From: Marsupella aquatica
Taxonomy: Eukaryota; Plantae; Marchantiophyta
DNA length: 64,000 nt
NCBI GenBank assembly: GCA_973895155.1
Contig: OZ316895.1
Coordinates: forward strand, 24,433,538 to 24,497,537
Reading direction: 5' to 3'
Positions 1-11,264 of this stretch are shown here, piece after piece (within the stretch, counting starts at the first letter, position 1; each line of letters begins with the position of its first letter). The notes beneath the pieces were generated by a model. That model was not told the DNA's origin and did no database searches. It saw nothing but the letters and a program-made list of their open reading frames with translations. A program made the position numbers and the translations under genes.

Positions 1-899
1 CTATATGCACAACAGCACTACCGCTAACCTTAGCTAGGTCCTAACCCGAGTTAGCCTAACTGTGGTTAGCGCAAGAGTCACAAGACTAGAGCAATATCTA
101 ACAATATTCATGACCATTCTGAATTTTAGATGGAAAGACTATGAGCATAAGTTGAGTGCATTTTGAGGTGTAACTCTTTGAGCAGTGTCAAAGCCACAAT
201 GAGGAAGTTTATGAGTGTAATTAGGGACAATCACATTTACACATATAAGCAAGTTTAGGGCATCTCAGCTACACAAGAACAATCAGGCTTGCATCTCACA
301 TCTGTAGGGTGGGTTGCTGACATGCTGGATCAAACAATCCTGACTTAGAGCAGTTTAGAAGAAGATTTAATAAGAAAATTTGGCGAGGTCGAACAACATT
401 CCTCTATGAAAGAATGTATTCAGAGAGAACCCAAGACAGTTTCTACTACATATCCAGGAAATATAATAGCCCACCATCAGTTTTCTGGAACAACATTGGT
501 ACTACTCCCCCAGTTCTGTGACTGACATTTCTAGGATATGAAACCTAGGAAAATATCTATCATTATTTCACACATACATAGGAAATGAACCTTATATATG
601 CTTAGGGTTGGCCACACAATATCTAATAATTCTTCAAGATTAGTTGTGGCCAAGAACTTGACAAGCAACATCCAGGAAATATATAATTATAGACAAGGTC
701 AACAGGCCAAGCAAGTGCCACTAAATGATTAAAGGAGGATTTGTCAGTAGAAGAAAGAGGCCCCAAAGTTGGACAAGAGTTTGAATAGAGGGTATAGTTT
801 CTTGATCTCAATGGCACAGGGTCCCACTAGTAACTATGTAACTTGTGAAAGAATAAAAGCACACAAGAATCCCACCCAAACCCTTGACTAAATTATCAA

Positions 900-1120
900 A
901 TATGTTAAGATATTATCGAACAGCATGATGTCACAGGGAAAGGGAACTAGTGTACAATGAACATACAATGAACATTGACACAAAGATATGTGGTTTGTCC
1001 CATCTGGGTTACATCCACAGCTGTAATCATTATGCACTAACGCCCGACATCCACCATTGATAGCCTAGCAAGATACAAGTTGCTCTATGAATGTTTCTCT
1101 CCCCTTTCTATCCAATCTTC
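900..1120 (-). mobile_element. Possible copia-type LTR relic
   Basis: The minus strand of 977-1020 reads CTGTGGATGTAACCCAGATGGGACAAACCACATATCTTTGTGTC, resembling the GTGGATGTA...AACCAC...TGTGTC motif of plant copia LTRs, and ends in TAACA near 903. No intact PBS. Confidence 0.35.
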
Positions 1121-1983
1121 AACTCCTTAAGACTGATCTGTAGTATGAGCACAATGAAGTCTGGGGGGTTAACTTAGTTTATATTTTGGGGCACCATATG
1201 TGATCCTAACCTAACATAAATACACCTATTAAATTATAAACAGAAATTATTTCAGAATATTCAATATGGATGACCTAATTTACTTTATAAAAGATATATG
1301 TTAACTAGAGGATATTTTATAGACTTGAGTTTATAGTATCTTTTTTTTTGTCTCCTACGCTTAAATTTTTTTTTAGCTAATTTCTATAAAAATACATATA
1401 TTAGATTGCACTTGGTCAACCCCCCCCCCCCCCCCCCGAGAATGAAGTGCTCTCCAGGGTATAGGTCCTCTCCACTAGTCTAACCTCAACTTTCCTTAAC
1501 CATCAGTGGCTAACATGACTGTGCTCTAGTTAAGTAACCTAAACAGGTGCTAGACTTAAGTACCAACAAAAATATCTAGAAATAAAAGACCAAGGCTTGA
1601 AGATTTGATGAAAAAGGGCATTCACTAGATATATGATTATGAGCAATGAAGGAAATTCAAAACTGAGAACCATCTGAATGTGCAATGAACTATAAACCAG
1701 GCTATCCTGAAATCAATGGCACAAGGGCGGCACAAGGGCCAGGGGCTTCCATATGCCCAAGTAAGCATATCTCAAAAAAGACACATGGAGTTTGAGGACA
1801 TCCTTATGTAGCTGTCTACCTGAACTATGGAGGTACTATCTTGCCTTTTAGCATCACTGACTATTACCGTGGACCTGGATGGACCAAAGAACATTTCACT
1901 CCAAAAAAAATGGGAGCCCTTATACAGAGGATAGTGACTATATGAGTAAAGAGTACCTTAGCCCAAGTTGTCATGATCCATCC

Positions 1984-2329
1984 GAGTCATGATCCATCCG
2001 AGGCTTTGGTCAGTTGGCCAGAGGATGAGCCTAGAACCGAGAGGTCCCAGGTTCAATCCTCCCTCCACACATAAGGGGTGGTGGAGGGTATGTGTGTGTA
2101 TGTGTGTGTCTGTGTGTGTGGGGTGTAGTGTTGGGAGTATTGATTATCTCCTCAGCCCTGGTTGCCCACTTTGGGTTCTGGTTTAATCCTCTCTCCCTCC
2201 TGGTCTGGGTCCTTGTCGGATCCCTGGGTATCGTCCCCTTGTGGCTGCTCTACATAGAAATGCATGCTCCAAAGCAGGACGTCTATCCTCTGTTGGATGG
2301 GCCTGCTTGAATTTGGTTTTCAAGGCAAA
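1984..2329 (+). mobile_element. tRNA-derived SINE-like insertion with a 19-bp flanking direct repeat
   Basis: Pol III box A TGGTCAGTTGG (2007-2017) and box B GGTTCAATCC (2050-2059) at tRNA-like spacing; internal (GT)n tract; A-rich end; AAGTTGTCATGATCCATCC at both 1965-1983 and 2330-2348. Confidence 0.7.
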
Positions 2330-2784
2330 AAGTTGTCATGATCCATCCAAGGTCTTTGTGAAACCTGTTTGTCCAAAATGACTTCCCTTTCATGCTATTC
2401 TTGTCCAAAAGATGCTCTTGCCAAGCTCAGTACAAGGTGAAATAGTAAATGCTCCAGGTGGAGTTAACTTTCCCCTCATAATATTGGGGTTTAAATTTTC
2501 AGTGGTGATAAAATTTGCTACATTTTATCGATCTGAAAAGTCCTTGCCACTTTTGACAAAATTGGCTAGGTTTTCTGTCTCCCAACAGCCAGTTTTCCAC
2601 CTAGGTGACGGTGTTAGCCAGAATCTAAGGGTTATCGTTATATCTAGGGCAATCTGATGGTTAAAAATTAGTTAAGGCGTCTTCCCTCCTTCTTTGACCT
2701 GTACCCTCTCCAAAGTGATGTGTTGTCAAAACTAGTTTCAAAATATGAAGCATAATTATCCGGGATCTTGATGGTGGAATCTCT

Positions 2785-2972
2785 GACCTAGATGAGAATA
2801 GAGGTTAGAGGTCTCTCTCCTGGCTACCATTTCTACCAAATATGGAGGTGAGGACCTAGATGAGAATGGAGGTTAGAGGCCTCTCTCCTGGCTCCCATTC
2901 TACCAAATATGGAGATGAGGGTTGTCAGGATAGAGGCCTCTCTCCTGGCTGCCATTTCTACCAAATGTGGAA
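2785..2972. repeat. Degenerate tandem repeat, about 68-bp unit, 2 full and 1 partial copy
   Basis: TAGAGG(T/C)CTCTCTCCTGGCT.CCATT(T)CTACCAAAT.TGGA occurs three times; GACCTAGATGAGAAT starts at 2785 and 2853. Confidence 0.85.
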
Positions 2973-3172
2973 ATCAGGGTTGTGAAAATGGAGACCGGCT
3001 AACATTTACTTAAGAATAGGCCCCATAGCCAGGAACATCCCTCCAAAATCAACCCCTCTATGGTCTTTTTAGAGACTAGGCCTTTTTAGAGGTTCGAGGA
3101 TCATTTTGACTCTACACTCTACAGTGATACAGATGAAAATCACGATTCAAAACCAATGTCTGGTTTTGCCTC

Positions 3173-3176
<4 letters not shown>

Positions 3177-3216
<40 letters not shown>
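3177..3216. repeat. (GA)20 microsatellite
   Basis: Perfect dinucleotide run. Confidence 0.98.
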
Positions 3217-3219
<3 letters not shown>

Positions 3220-3374
3220 TTGACATGCTAGAAATATTATCTGTTGCAAATGTAATTGTTTCCTTGCCTGAAATCATGTATAGTTTCTTGAGTAATACTG
3301 GAGTGTCGATGCAGTTTCAGGGAGCGATGTCACTGCGGATGCATATCGTACTCTGCTATAGGGAATTACGCTGA

Positions 3375-3521
3375 GGAACGAGTCTGGAACATAGATTCAC
3401 AGAGGATGGGTACAAACAGCACATGCAAGTGAATCCCCTGGGTCAAGTACTGCTTTCGATATTGCTGCTTCCATCTCTAGTTCGGGGTGCCTCAGCTCGG
3501 ATCATCAATGTGGCCTCTATA
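3375..3521 (+). pseudogene. Isolated exon of a short-chain dehydrogenase/reductase (FOREVER YOUNG / retinol-dehydrogenase-like)
   Basis: Reads HRFTEDGYKQHMQVNPLGQVLLSILLLPSLVRGASARIINVASI followed by a GTCAGT donor, matching the SDR pattern DGxExxMQVNHL...LLLPxL...RIINVxS. There is an in-frame TGA at 3372, the conserved NH is changed to NP, and no flanking SDR exons were found. Confidence 0.6.
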
Positions 3522-5431
3522 GTCAGTTTTCCCGTCCGTCTTCTGAATCCGCAACACAGATGTCTTGGAATGATGTCATATAAAGTTCAAAATGGAAGGT
3601 GGCCCCTAGAGATGTGTTCGAGATGTTGGATCCCTCCAGAGATGAATTCCCAAGCAGGCTGGTGTAGATGTTATTTTCAGTTATCCTGAGGAAATGACGA
3701 CTTGTATAGTGAGATTTCTAGCTTCATTTGTATGTTGTTTTTGTAGACTCTTTTTCTATCAACTTTGCTGCCAATTGTCTCCTTCGATGTCTGAGAGTCT
3801 GCCTCAGCAATGACCTTACTGCTCCTTGCACCTCCATAACCCACCAACTTGAGCATCATTGTGATTGATAGCTTATAATTAGGGTAACGTTGCCCTTGGT
3901 TTCATCATTTGGAGCTCCATCATTTGTGTTTCGAATAATGCGATGAACATATGAATTTTGTGACTGCCGACCCGGGATGCTTCAGCATTTTGAGGAGAGG
4001 TAAGCCCATGTCCAATGTGCTCAGCTTTTCATCATTGGAAGTCGATCTTCACTCCCTATCCTTTCTGTAGCTAATAGGTGGAAAAGTAAAATTCTATTGT
4101 TTCAGTTTCGACAGAAATTGAAATGCTCTGGGTGTCGAAGTAAAGAAGGTTTCGTTATTGGTGAACTTGCCATCTTTGGAGGCCACTCCAAGGGAAAGGA
4201 CATTTTTCATAGCTTCCAGGCCTCGTCTTTCCATGGTCTGCGACACCCCCCGGGTTTACATTCTGGAGGAGTCCCTGAATTCCATGCATGTATGCTCCTC
4301 GGCCTAATTTTTGCATCCTCCACTAGAATCCGAATGTTGAATCCAAGTGGCCCTTGGTTTTCATCTCAGGCTGGACGCAGGGTAGATTTTACCAGCAAGA
4401 GATGTGAGAAAATGTGAATCAAACCAAAGAAGGTCTATACAAAAACTCTGGAGCCACTATCCGTTCGAACATAAACGGTTCCGGGAATATTTGGCAAGGA
4501 CAGCTGTTGTTGTGCGTTTGTTCCACTGCAGGTTCGAGAACTGCACGAGTCTGCGCCACCGATCAGCGAGTTTACGAGTACGGTCGTGCTCTACAGGAGA
4601 AAGGATATCCAGTACCTCCATACTTCTCGACAAACCTGGCCAGGTGGCTAGTCAGGTCATGCTAATGATTTGGATTGTGCTGAGGTGTATAGTAAAACAT
4701 TAGAGCTAGTAGGTCTTCCTAGAGAATACATAGAAAGAGCCAAACTAGTCTATATCTAGTGGAATGGATGATGTACAGCACAATGAAAACTGAGGCAGTA
4801 ATACAGTAATGTCATTGCTGCAAACCTAGCTTGAACAACGATAAATTCTCGCTATATTTTAACAGCCTTTCATCTCATCCGCGTCATCTCGAGCAGATAT
4901 GCTTATCTAGCAGAATATCATGCCTCCACTCTCAGTTAAGTGATGATCCTTTCATATAATCAAGGTAATACTTTAGTGCAAGACGTCTCCAGGTCAATGC
5001 CGATCACGTCCCATAAAATGACCGCACAAGCCTGTCCTAGTCTACATAGTATCATATGGGACACCTTAATACAGGCTCAAAGAATAGTAGTTTCAAAGAG
5101 CACGTCTCTATTAACATGAAGAGCCGTTATACATCAGGGTCGAACTTGACCTCAGTCATAAGGTCTGATTCGAAGAGCAGTAGACTTGGTACTTCCTGTC
5201 ACCACTTTCCAATCCCTCAAGTAATGATACCAATGTCATAACCCAAGCTATTTACACCTGACCTGTACATCCAAATAGTATATAGACTATGCAAACCTGC
5301 AACTGCTTGCAAATTGATGACTAGATGTTTCGAAACAAAACATGAGAGACCAGTTCCAATTCTCCTTCTAGATCCTACTGCTAGGGATGTTACAATCTAG
5401 TGTACATTATGGATGTTCATAGGTTCATCCA

Positions 5432-8146
5432 TTACTCTGTTGAATCGGAGAGTAGCCGATCGTGCAACCAATGCCTCATCTCAGTAAAAGCATCTTCAGA
5501 CACTTCATCTTCCTCTGAATTGTTGGGACGATGGGCGAAGGCATGCCCCATGCCCGGATAGATCTTGGCCTTCGATCCTTGCACTTCCCGCTCTATTTGG
5601 AGGATAACATCCACAGGGCACAAAAGATCATCATCCCCTCCAATAAGAAGCACGGGAACATTGATTTGTGTTGCTAAGGAATTATCGAATCCGGTACCAT
5701 AGAAAAATGCCCCAGCTGCAAAGAGCCTGTTTGAGTCCCGCGCAAGAGTCTCCATCATTCGCCCTCCTCCAAAGCCGAACCCAATCACAACGAGTTTCCC
5801 AGCTGTATCGATCTCTTCAACCAGATACTTGGTAGCTACATCTATACCGCCAGCAACTCTCTCTGGAGAATGGTGCTCTAGCCACTTTTGGTACTCACTC
5901 TTCGGCATCCCTTCACTCCATGGCGCTCCTTGAAACAAGTCTGGTACCAATACGCTGGTGGACAGGGTAAAGCAAGGCAGACACATCAGCAAGGCTCACC
6001 ACAATCGTTTGTCTATTGCTCGTTGCTCTTTCCACTCATGAACTGCCATTTAAATCGAGTACCTTTTAAAATCATGGTGTACAATTTAGCTCGTGTTCTA
6101 TAGGCTGACTCTAGTAAATACTATGAGAATGTAAAAGTTCGAGTCAGAAATCGATCATAGCGCTTATCTTTATATCAATTATGCTATGCGAGGGCTGCTT
6201 CTCTCCTCAGTAAACCTCTAGACTTCGCTGGATGTGCTTCTTCCATTACCTATCAAATAGTCTTCGTACACATTTCTATCCCGTCTAATTGAGAGCCAAT
6301 GTGTACAGCTGGGAAATCTATACGACCTTAAGCGGCAGATTTATTTCTGATTTCAATATTCGGTTCGTCAATTTGTAGAGATCGCCTAATCTCTTTCATT
6401 TGGCAAATTTCTACCTTTCCTTCCCTTCCCTGCACAGAAACACACAGGATTCACAGGGCTTCTTGCTTACTTGTATCCAAAACATGCCAGGCGATACGCA
6501 AAACTTCTGTTGTCCTCATTTTCGAACCCATAATCATCAGTCAAACACAGAACTGCCACACCATTGTTGTTCTTGAGTGCTTGGATCAAATAGGCCTGTA
6601 CTGTATCTTGACCTTCACCGAGCGTGACGTTGGAACCTTGTACAATCTCACATGTTTCGTCCTCGGCACTTACTTCCTCTGTCGCGTCCTCTGTCAACAA
6701 GTCCCCGGGACGAGCTCCACTTGGCCGTGCGGTAAAGTTTCTCCGACCCCTACTTGTTGCGTGAGCTGTACTAATGATGGCCGATATCTCTGACAAAAGA
6801 CAGGCACCATTAGAAAGTTGTCTTCATATACACCGAACAGCACTTGCCGACAGCAACAAAATGGGAGCGAGGATACTATTAAACCTGTTAAGAAGGCTTG
6901 CACGAGGCTGGCTTGGTCAATTGAACTCATCCCTTAAAAAGATTAATCAATGAAACCTTCAAACAAAACTAAAGTTCTACAGGACACACTACTCTGGTCG
7001 CGTCCGATACAGCTGCTGAATGACAGCAATTTTATGCCCGAAGCATTGGATGGACAACAGTGACATTATTGGCCAGACGACGGCCTTGAAGAGAAAGATA
7101 AAACTCGAAAGGAACAGACGATTAACTTGCCAAGTAGACTAAATTCGCTTCCGATCAATCTCGCTGTACTTGAACTACACAAAATTAGTCATCGACTTTA
7201 CCGCCGATCGGCCACAAACTCTATCATACTGACGGAAGGGAAAAGGAAATGGAAGCGATAGTCCCACTACGAATGAAATGGTCAGATAGCAGGAGACGCA
7301 TTTTCAATGTCAAGCTGAACAAAAGTTATGCATTTGGCAGTCAGAGGAAACCAAACGCAATCCCGAAATTAGAAGGCTCTCAGAGGTTCCAGCCAGCTCC
7401 AGATAACCGCACAGCAAGAGTAAATTATTATAAGAAAATACAGAGAGGTCCTGCTGAAGGTGGTCTCTCATGCAATGAACACTCGGCCAGAGTTTTGAAT
7501 TACATCCAAACTGGAACTCAGCGACGGATAAAAGATCACCAGCCGTCAATCAATTCAATCTTCATGAGGAGCAACGGACCGACATTGTAAATCGTCCAAA
7601 ACGTCAGCTCTCACATCGTATCCAAAGTGGACACCAGCTCAAACAGATCATCGAATCCAACCAAACCAGTTAAATCCTGATGGGCAAAACCCCGATTTGC
7701 CAGTAGCTCCCAGCTCACTTCAGCGTGCGGCCTGAAATCTCCGACTCGTCAATTTCGACTCCGTTCAAGCTCATTCCGACTTCAGTCACCTGAGTTCCAA
7801 GAGGAATCAAACAAGCAGAGAGCTAAACAAGGGTGGTGGATATCAACGAATTGAGAAGGCAACCCATGCCTAACTCAACCCATCCTTCCTGACTTGGAAT
7901 CCATTCAGAGCTCGAGCCAGTGAGCTCAAAGAGCAAGCAGAGATCCCTGTTCACTTATTGGGATCATGGCGCGACCTACTTACGGAAACGGCATTCATTG
8001 CTCCGGCGTCTAGTTTCCCACAGCTTGCAATTGCCGACGCTGCTGAAGAAATGCAGCCCGAGCCGTGCTGGTGCTGCTGGCGCACAACACCGTGTTGCAT
8101 CTCGAACCAAAGGCACACGGGCGGGCACAAGAGTGACCATCGCCAT
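5432..8146 (-). CDS. Dienelactone hydrolase family (carboxymethylenebutenolidase-like) alpha/beta hydrolase, about 334 aa, with a probable plastid transit peptide
   Basis: Exons 8146-7984, 6789-6471 and 5954-5432 join in frame (163+319+523=1005 nt) with GTAAGT/GTAAGC donors and CAG acceptors. Motifs: FAYRLACFGYNVLVPDLF, GFGFGGG nucleophile elbow, PVLLIGGDDD.LCP and YPGMGHAFAHRP. Exon 1 (MAMVTLVPARVPLVRDATRCC...) is Ala/Arg/Ser-rich and is the least certain exon. Confidence 0.9.
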
Positions 8147-8460
8147 CACTCGATGGTATCAATTGAGGAACCCAACGCAATCGTGTGCCAGAATCGTGTT
8201 CCTTGTGGAGCCCAACTCGAGCAGAGTCTCTTCGAATTGAGCCGAATTGGGTTGAGCTGAGCTGAGCTGAGCTGAGTCGACAGAGAATTGATGAGCTCGG
8301 AGCCGAGGGAGGGAGGGAGGGAGGGAGCTGATCATGATCCATAGTCGTGAGCTCCAAAGTGGGACAAATTCTCGGGTACTGTAGTCCAATAGCGAGTCTC
8401 AAAGCTTCAAAGTAACGGATGATGGGCTTCGTCATAAACAATGTCCATAGCTTTTTCACA

Positions 8461-8562
8461 GGTTATTTAATTTTTTTCCACTAGTCTACGGAGAGGTTAA
8501 CTAATTTTTTTCCACGAGTCTACGGAGAGTTTAATTAATTTTTTTCCACGAGTCTATGGAGA
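8461..8562. repeat. 34-bp tandem repeat x3 upstream of the hydrolase gene
   Basis: TAATTTTTTTCCAC(T/G)AGTCTA(C/T)GGAGAG recurs at 34-bp spacing. Confidence 0.9.
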
Positions 8563-9171
8563 GATTAGGGTCATGTATATGACCTATCTTTTATGGCCAA
8601 AAGTCATGGACTCTTAATGTGGTAGTCACGTTCCCTGTATGTATTTCCATAACCTTGTGCCCAGAAATCACCAGGTAATTTCTTTTGAGCAGGTATTACA
8701 AGAAGAACCTTGTGCCCAGAAAGTCTCACCAGGTAATTTGTTTTGGAGTAAGTATTACAGGAAGAAAGGCTACCATTTTCACAACCCTGTGCCCAGAAAG
8801 TTTTAGGCAAGTATTACATATGATAATGACTGTTTGGGTCCCACAAAGTTCAGAAAACTCCCTGCTAGGAAGGTCAGCATTTCTTCACTTTCTAGTCACA
8901 TGTTTCTTCACTTTCTACTCAGACTAATAATTAACCCTGACCAAACAGTAATTACCCTATACCTAACATTTATGAGGGTCCCAACTATTTTGATAATCTA
9001 TTGCTTGGAAAGTCCTGATGGTTAGCTTTCTACGGTTCTGACTTTAGGTAATCTAATGAGGGTGTGGGCTGGGGTTCTAGTCTCAATCCCTGCTCCCAAA
9101 ATGCTCAGAAAAGCTTATGGGCTGATCAAGTTGTCTTCACTTTTTTGTCACACAATTATAGCTTGTAACCT

Positions 9172-9298
9172 TGTGCCCAGACCATCATCATCCTATACAT
9201 GACTTTTTGAATGTGCCCAGACCATCATCATCCTATACATGACTTTTTGAATGTGCCCAGACCATCATCATCCTATACATGACTTTTTGAATGTGCCC
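9172..9298. repeat. Perfect 40-bp tandem repeat x3
   Basis: TGTGCCCAGACCATCATCATCCTATACATGACTTTTTGAA three times. Confidence 0.95.
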
Positions 9299-11119
9299 TT
9301 AACCATAACTACTATACTAAGTTAAGGTGCATAGAATTTTAAGGTTTAAGACCCCCTAATGGAGGCACACAGACTCCAACCTAATCTTACTACAAATCAT
9401 TGATCCATTTTGTGGACCATTCGAAGGACTTACTTACTGGGTGAATAATGGATACGATTGTCACTCTGTAAGTGCTCACTCCAGGACAGACCAGTGTGCA
9501 CTTAATGCAGGTCTGCACTAAGTGAGAAGTGCAAGCCCTTTGATTGTGCATTTATGTAGAAGAGTGTATGTTTACATATCATTGTTAAATGTGCACTTAT
9601 CCTCCAGCAGTGAACAGTCTCCTAACTCCCACTAGATTGGGCATCTCTGCCCTAGATTCGGCCCAATACCCCATAAGAGTAATTACTGTAAAGGCCATGC
9701 ACTTATTAGTAAATGCAATAAATTGGGTTTGAACTTATAAAGGTGTCCCTTAGCCAAAGTTGTTTTGGCCTCTTTGCACTTACAAATGTGCTAAAAGGTC
9801 AAATTCAAAAGGAGAACAGGATTCCTTATGGTTATAAAGGTGTTGCACTTATTAAATGTGCACTAGAGTGCAGATGTATCAGTATGAAATGAGTTCTTGT
9901 TTTATGTTTTATTTCATGGAGCTTTTAGTGTGAACATAATTGACACAATTCGGAGCCTATTGTCAAAGCCCCCACATGCAGACAACGGTTGGTTCTGCAA
10001 ACTACAGGGTAACAAAACAAGAGTAATGACAGTACTCTGAAAAGCTGTAAACAGTATTATGTAATTAACAGCTGTAATTTACACAATGAAATCCTAAACC
10101 TAACAATCGCTTATGTGGAACAAGCTTTGTATGCAATAAAATGTTCTTTTATGCAATTGACAACTGTTTGAACGTAACCATATCTTGTACAAAGATATTG
10201 TTTCCTTTTTTCATCTTTTGTGTAATAATATCTTTTATGCAAATGTCAACATTTTTTATGTAGTGACCTTTTTTCCTGTAATATTGTTTTTTGCTCAACG
10301 GTTAGGGCTCTCATTGTCACAAAAATGGCATCATGTGCAATGAAGCATAAAGTCATTTTATTGAATTTGAGAGAAGATTTACAAATATTTGTTTAGTAAG
10401 AGCATAGTTTTGAAGGTAGTTTATGGTCTTTTAAATCCAATATATTTATTTTGAGCCCTATTTTGAGAATTGTAAGGAAAGATAGTCTTTGAAAAACCAA
10501 AATTTGGAATATTCCCCAAAAATTCAAATTAATAGGGTTAAATTAATTTCCAATTTTTTTCCTAAGTTTTAGGGTGTATTTGACCAAACATTGTTGCAGG
10601 TAATATAAGGGGCTCTAAATAGTGAGACCTACAAAAGTCAACAACATCTTTACGCATTGAACAAAATCTTTCACTTTATAACAGTTTTTGTGCAATGCGG
10701 GGTGCAATGCACAAGTATTGAGTGTGTTCAATTAGGAAGTACATTATCATATACAACATTTCTTTTGTTAAACCTGGTTGACCCTCCTTGAATTAATGAC
10801 GAGGGCATAGACATATCGCACTTTAACATGCATACCAGAGAGCGAGGTAGGGAGGATCACAATGGAGGTGTTTTATAAATGACCCTGTTGCATGTGATGT
10901 GCCATATTGAAGGATATTAGGCCTCTGAGGGCAAGTGGTGGACCTACCTGCCCAAATGAATGCCCTCACCAAACTCCAGGTCTCCTAGTGCTAACGCGAA
11001 ACTCCACAAGTAAGCAACCTGATGTCCCCAACATTGCCAACAACATTGTTATGTTACACATCAACCAAACTTCATTGGACTTAGGCCCAGGATTCTAAAT
11101 GAAATTTGAATTTCCGGGA

Positions 11120-11264
11120 AAAATTCAAATGTGCCCATTGTTCAAATTCATGAGAGTGAAATTTTTTGGGGCAAAATTCAAATGTGCCCATTGTTCAAAT
11201 TCATGAGAGTGAAATTTTTTTCTCATGAGAATGAGAGCAATGAATTTGAACAATGTGCACATTT
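11120..11264. repeat. 53-bp-period duplication plus an inverted copy (foldback/MITE-like)
   Basis: AAAATTCAAATGTGCCCATTGTTCAAATTCATGAGAGTGAAATTTTTT at 11120 and 11173; 11240-11264 is the reverse complement of 11180-11204 with one mismatch. Confidence 0.85.

Noticed and set aside
1420-1437. Poly-C run (and poly-G at about 50623-50638) as G-quadruplex elements
   Set aside because: Simple homopolymers in repeat-rich DNA, of unreliable length, with nothing linking them to a function.
2001-2075. Functional tRNA gene
   Set aside because: Boxes A and B are present but I could not build a convincing acceptor stem, and the sequence continues into a body flanked by direct repeats, which fits a SINE better.
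8010-8459. 149-aa minus-strand ORF as the first exon of the hydrolase
   Set aside because: It crosses simple repeats and stops at 8010. The frame starting at ATG 8146 instead reaches a GTAAGT donor in the correct phase for exon 2.
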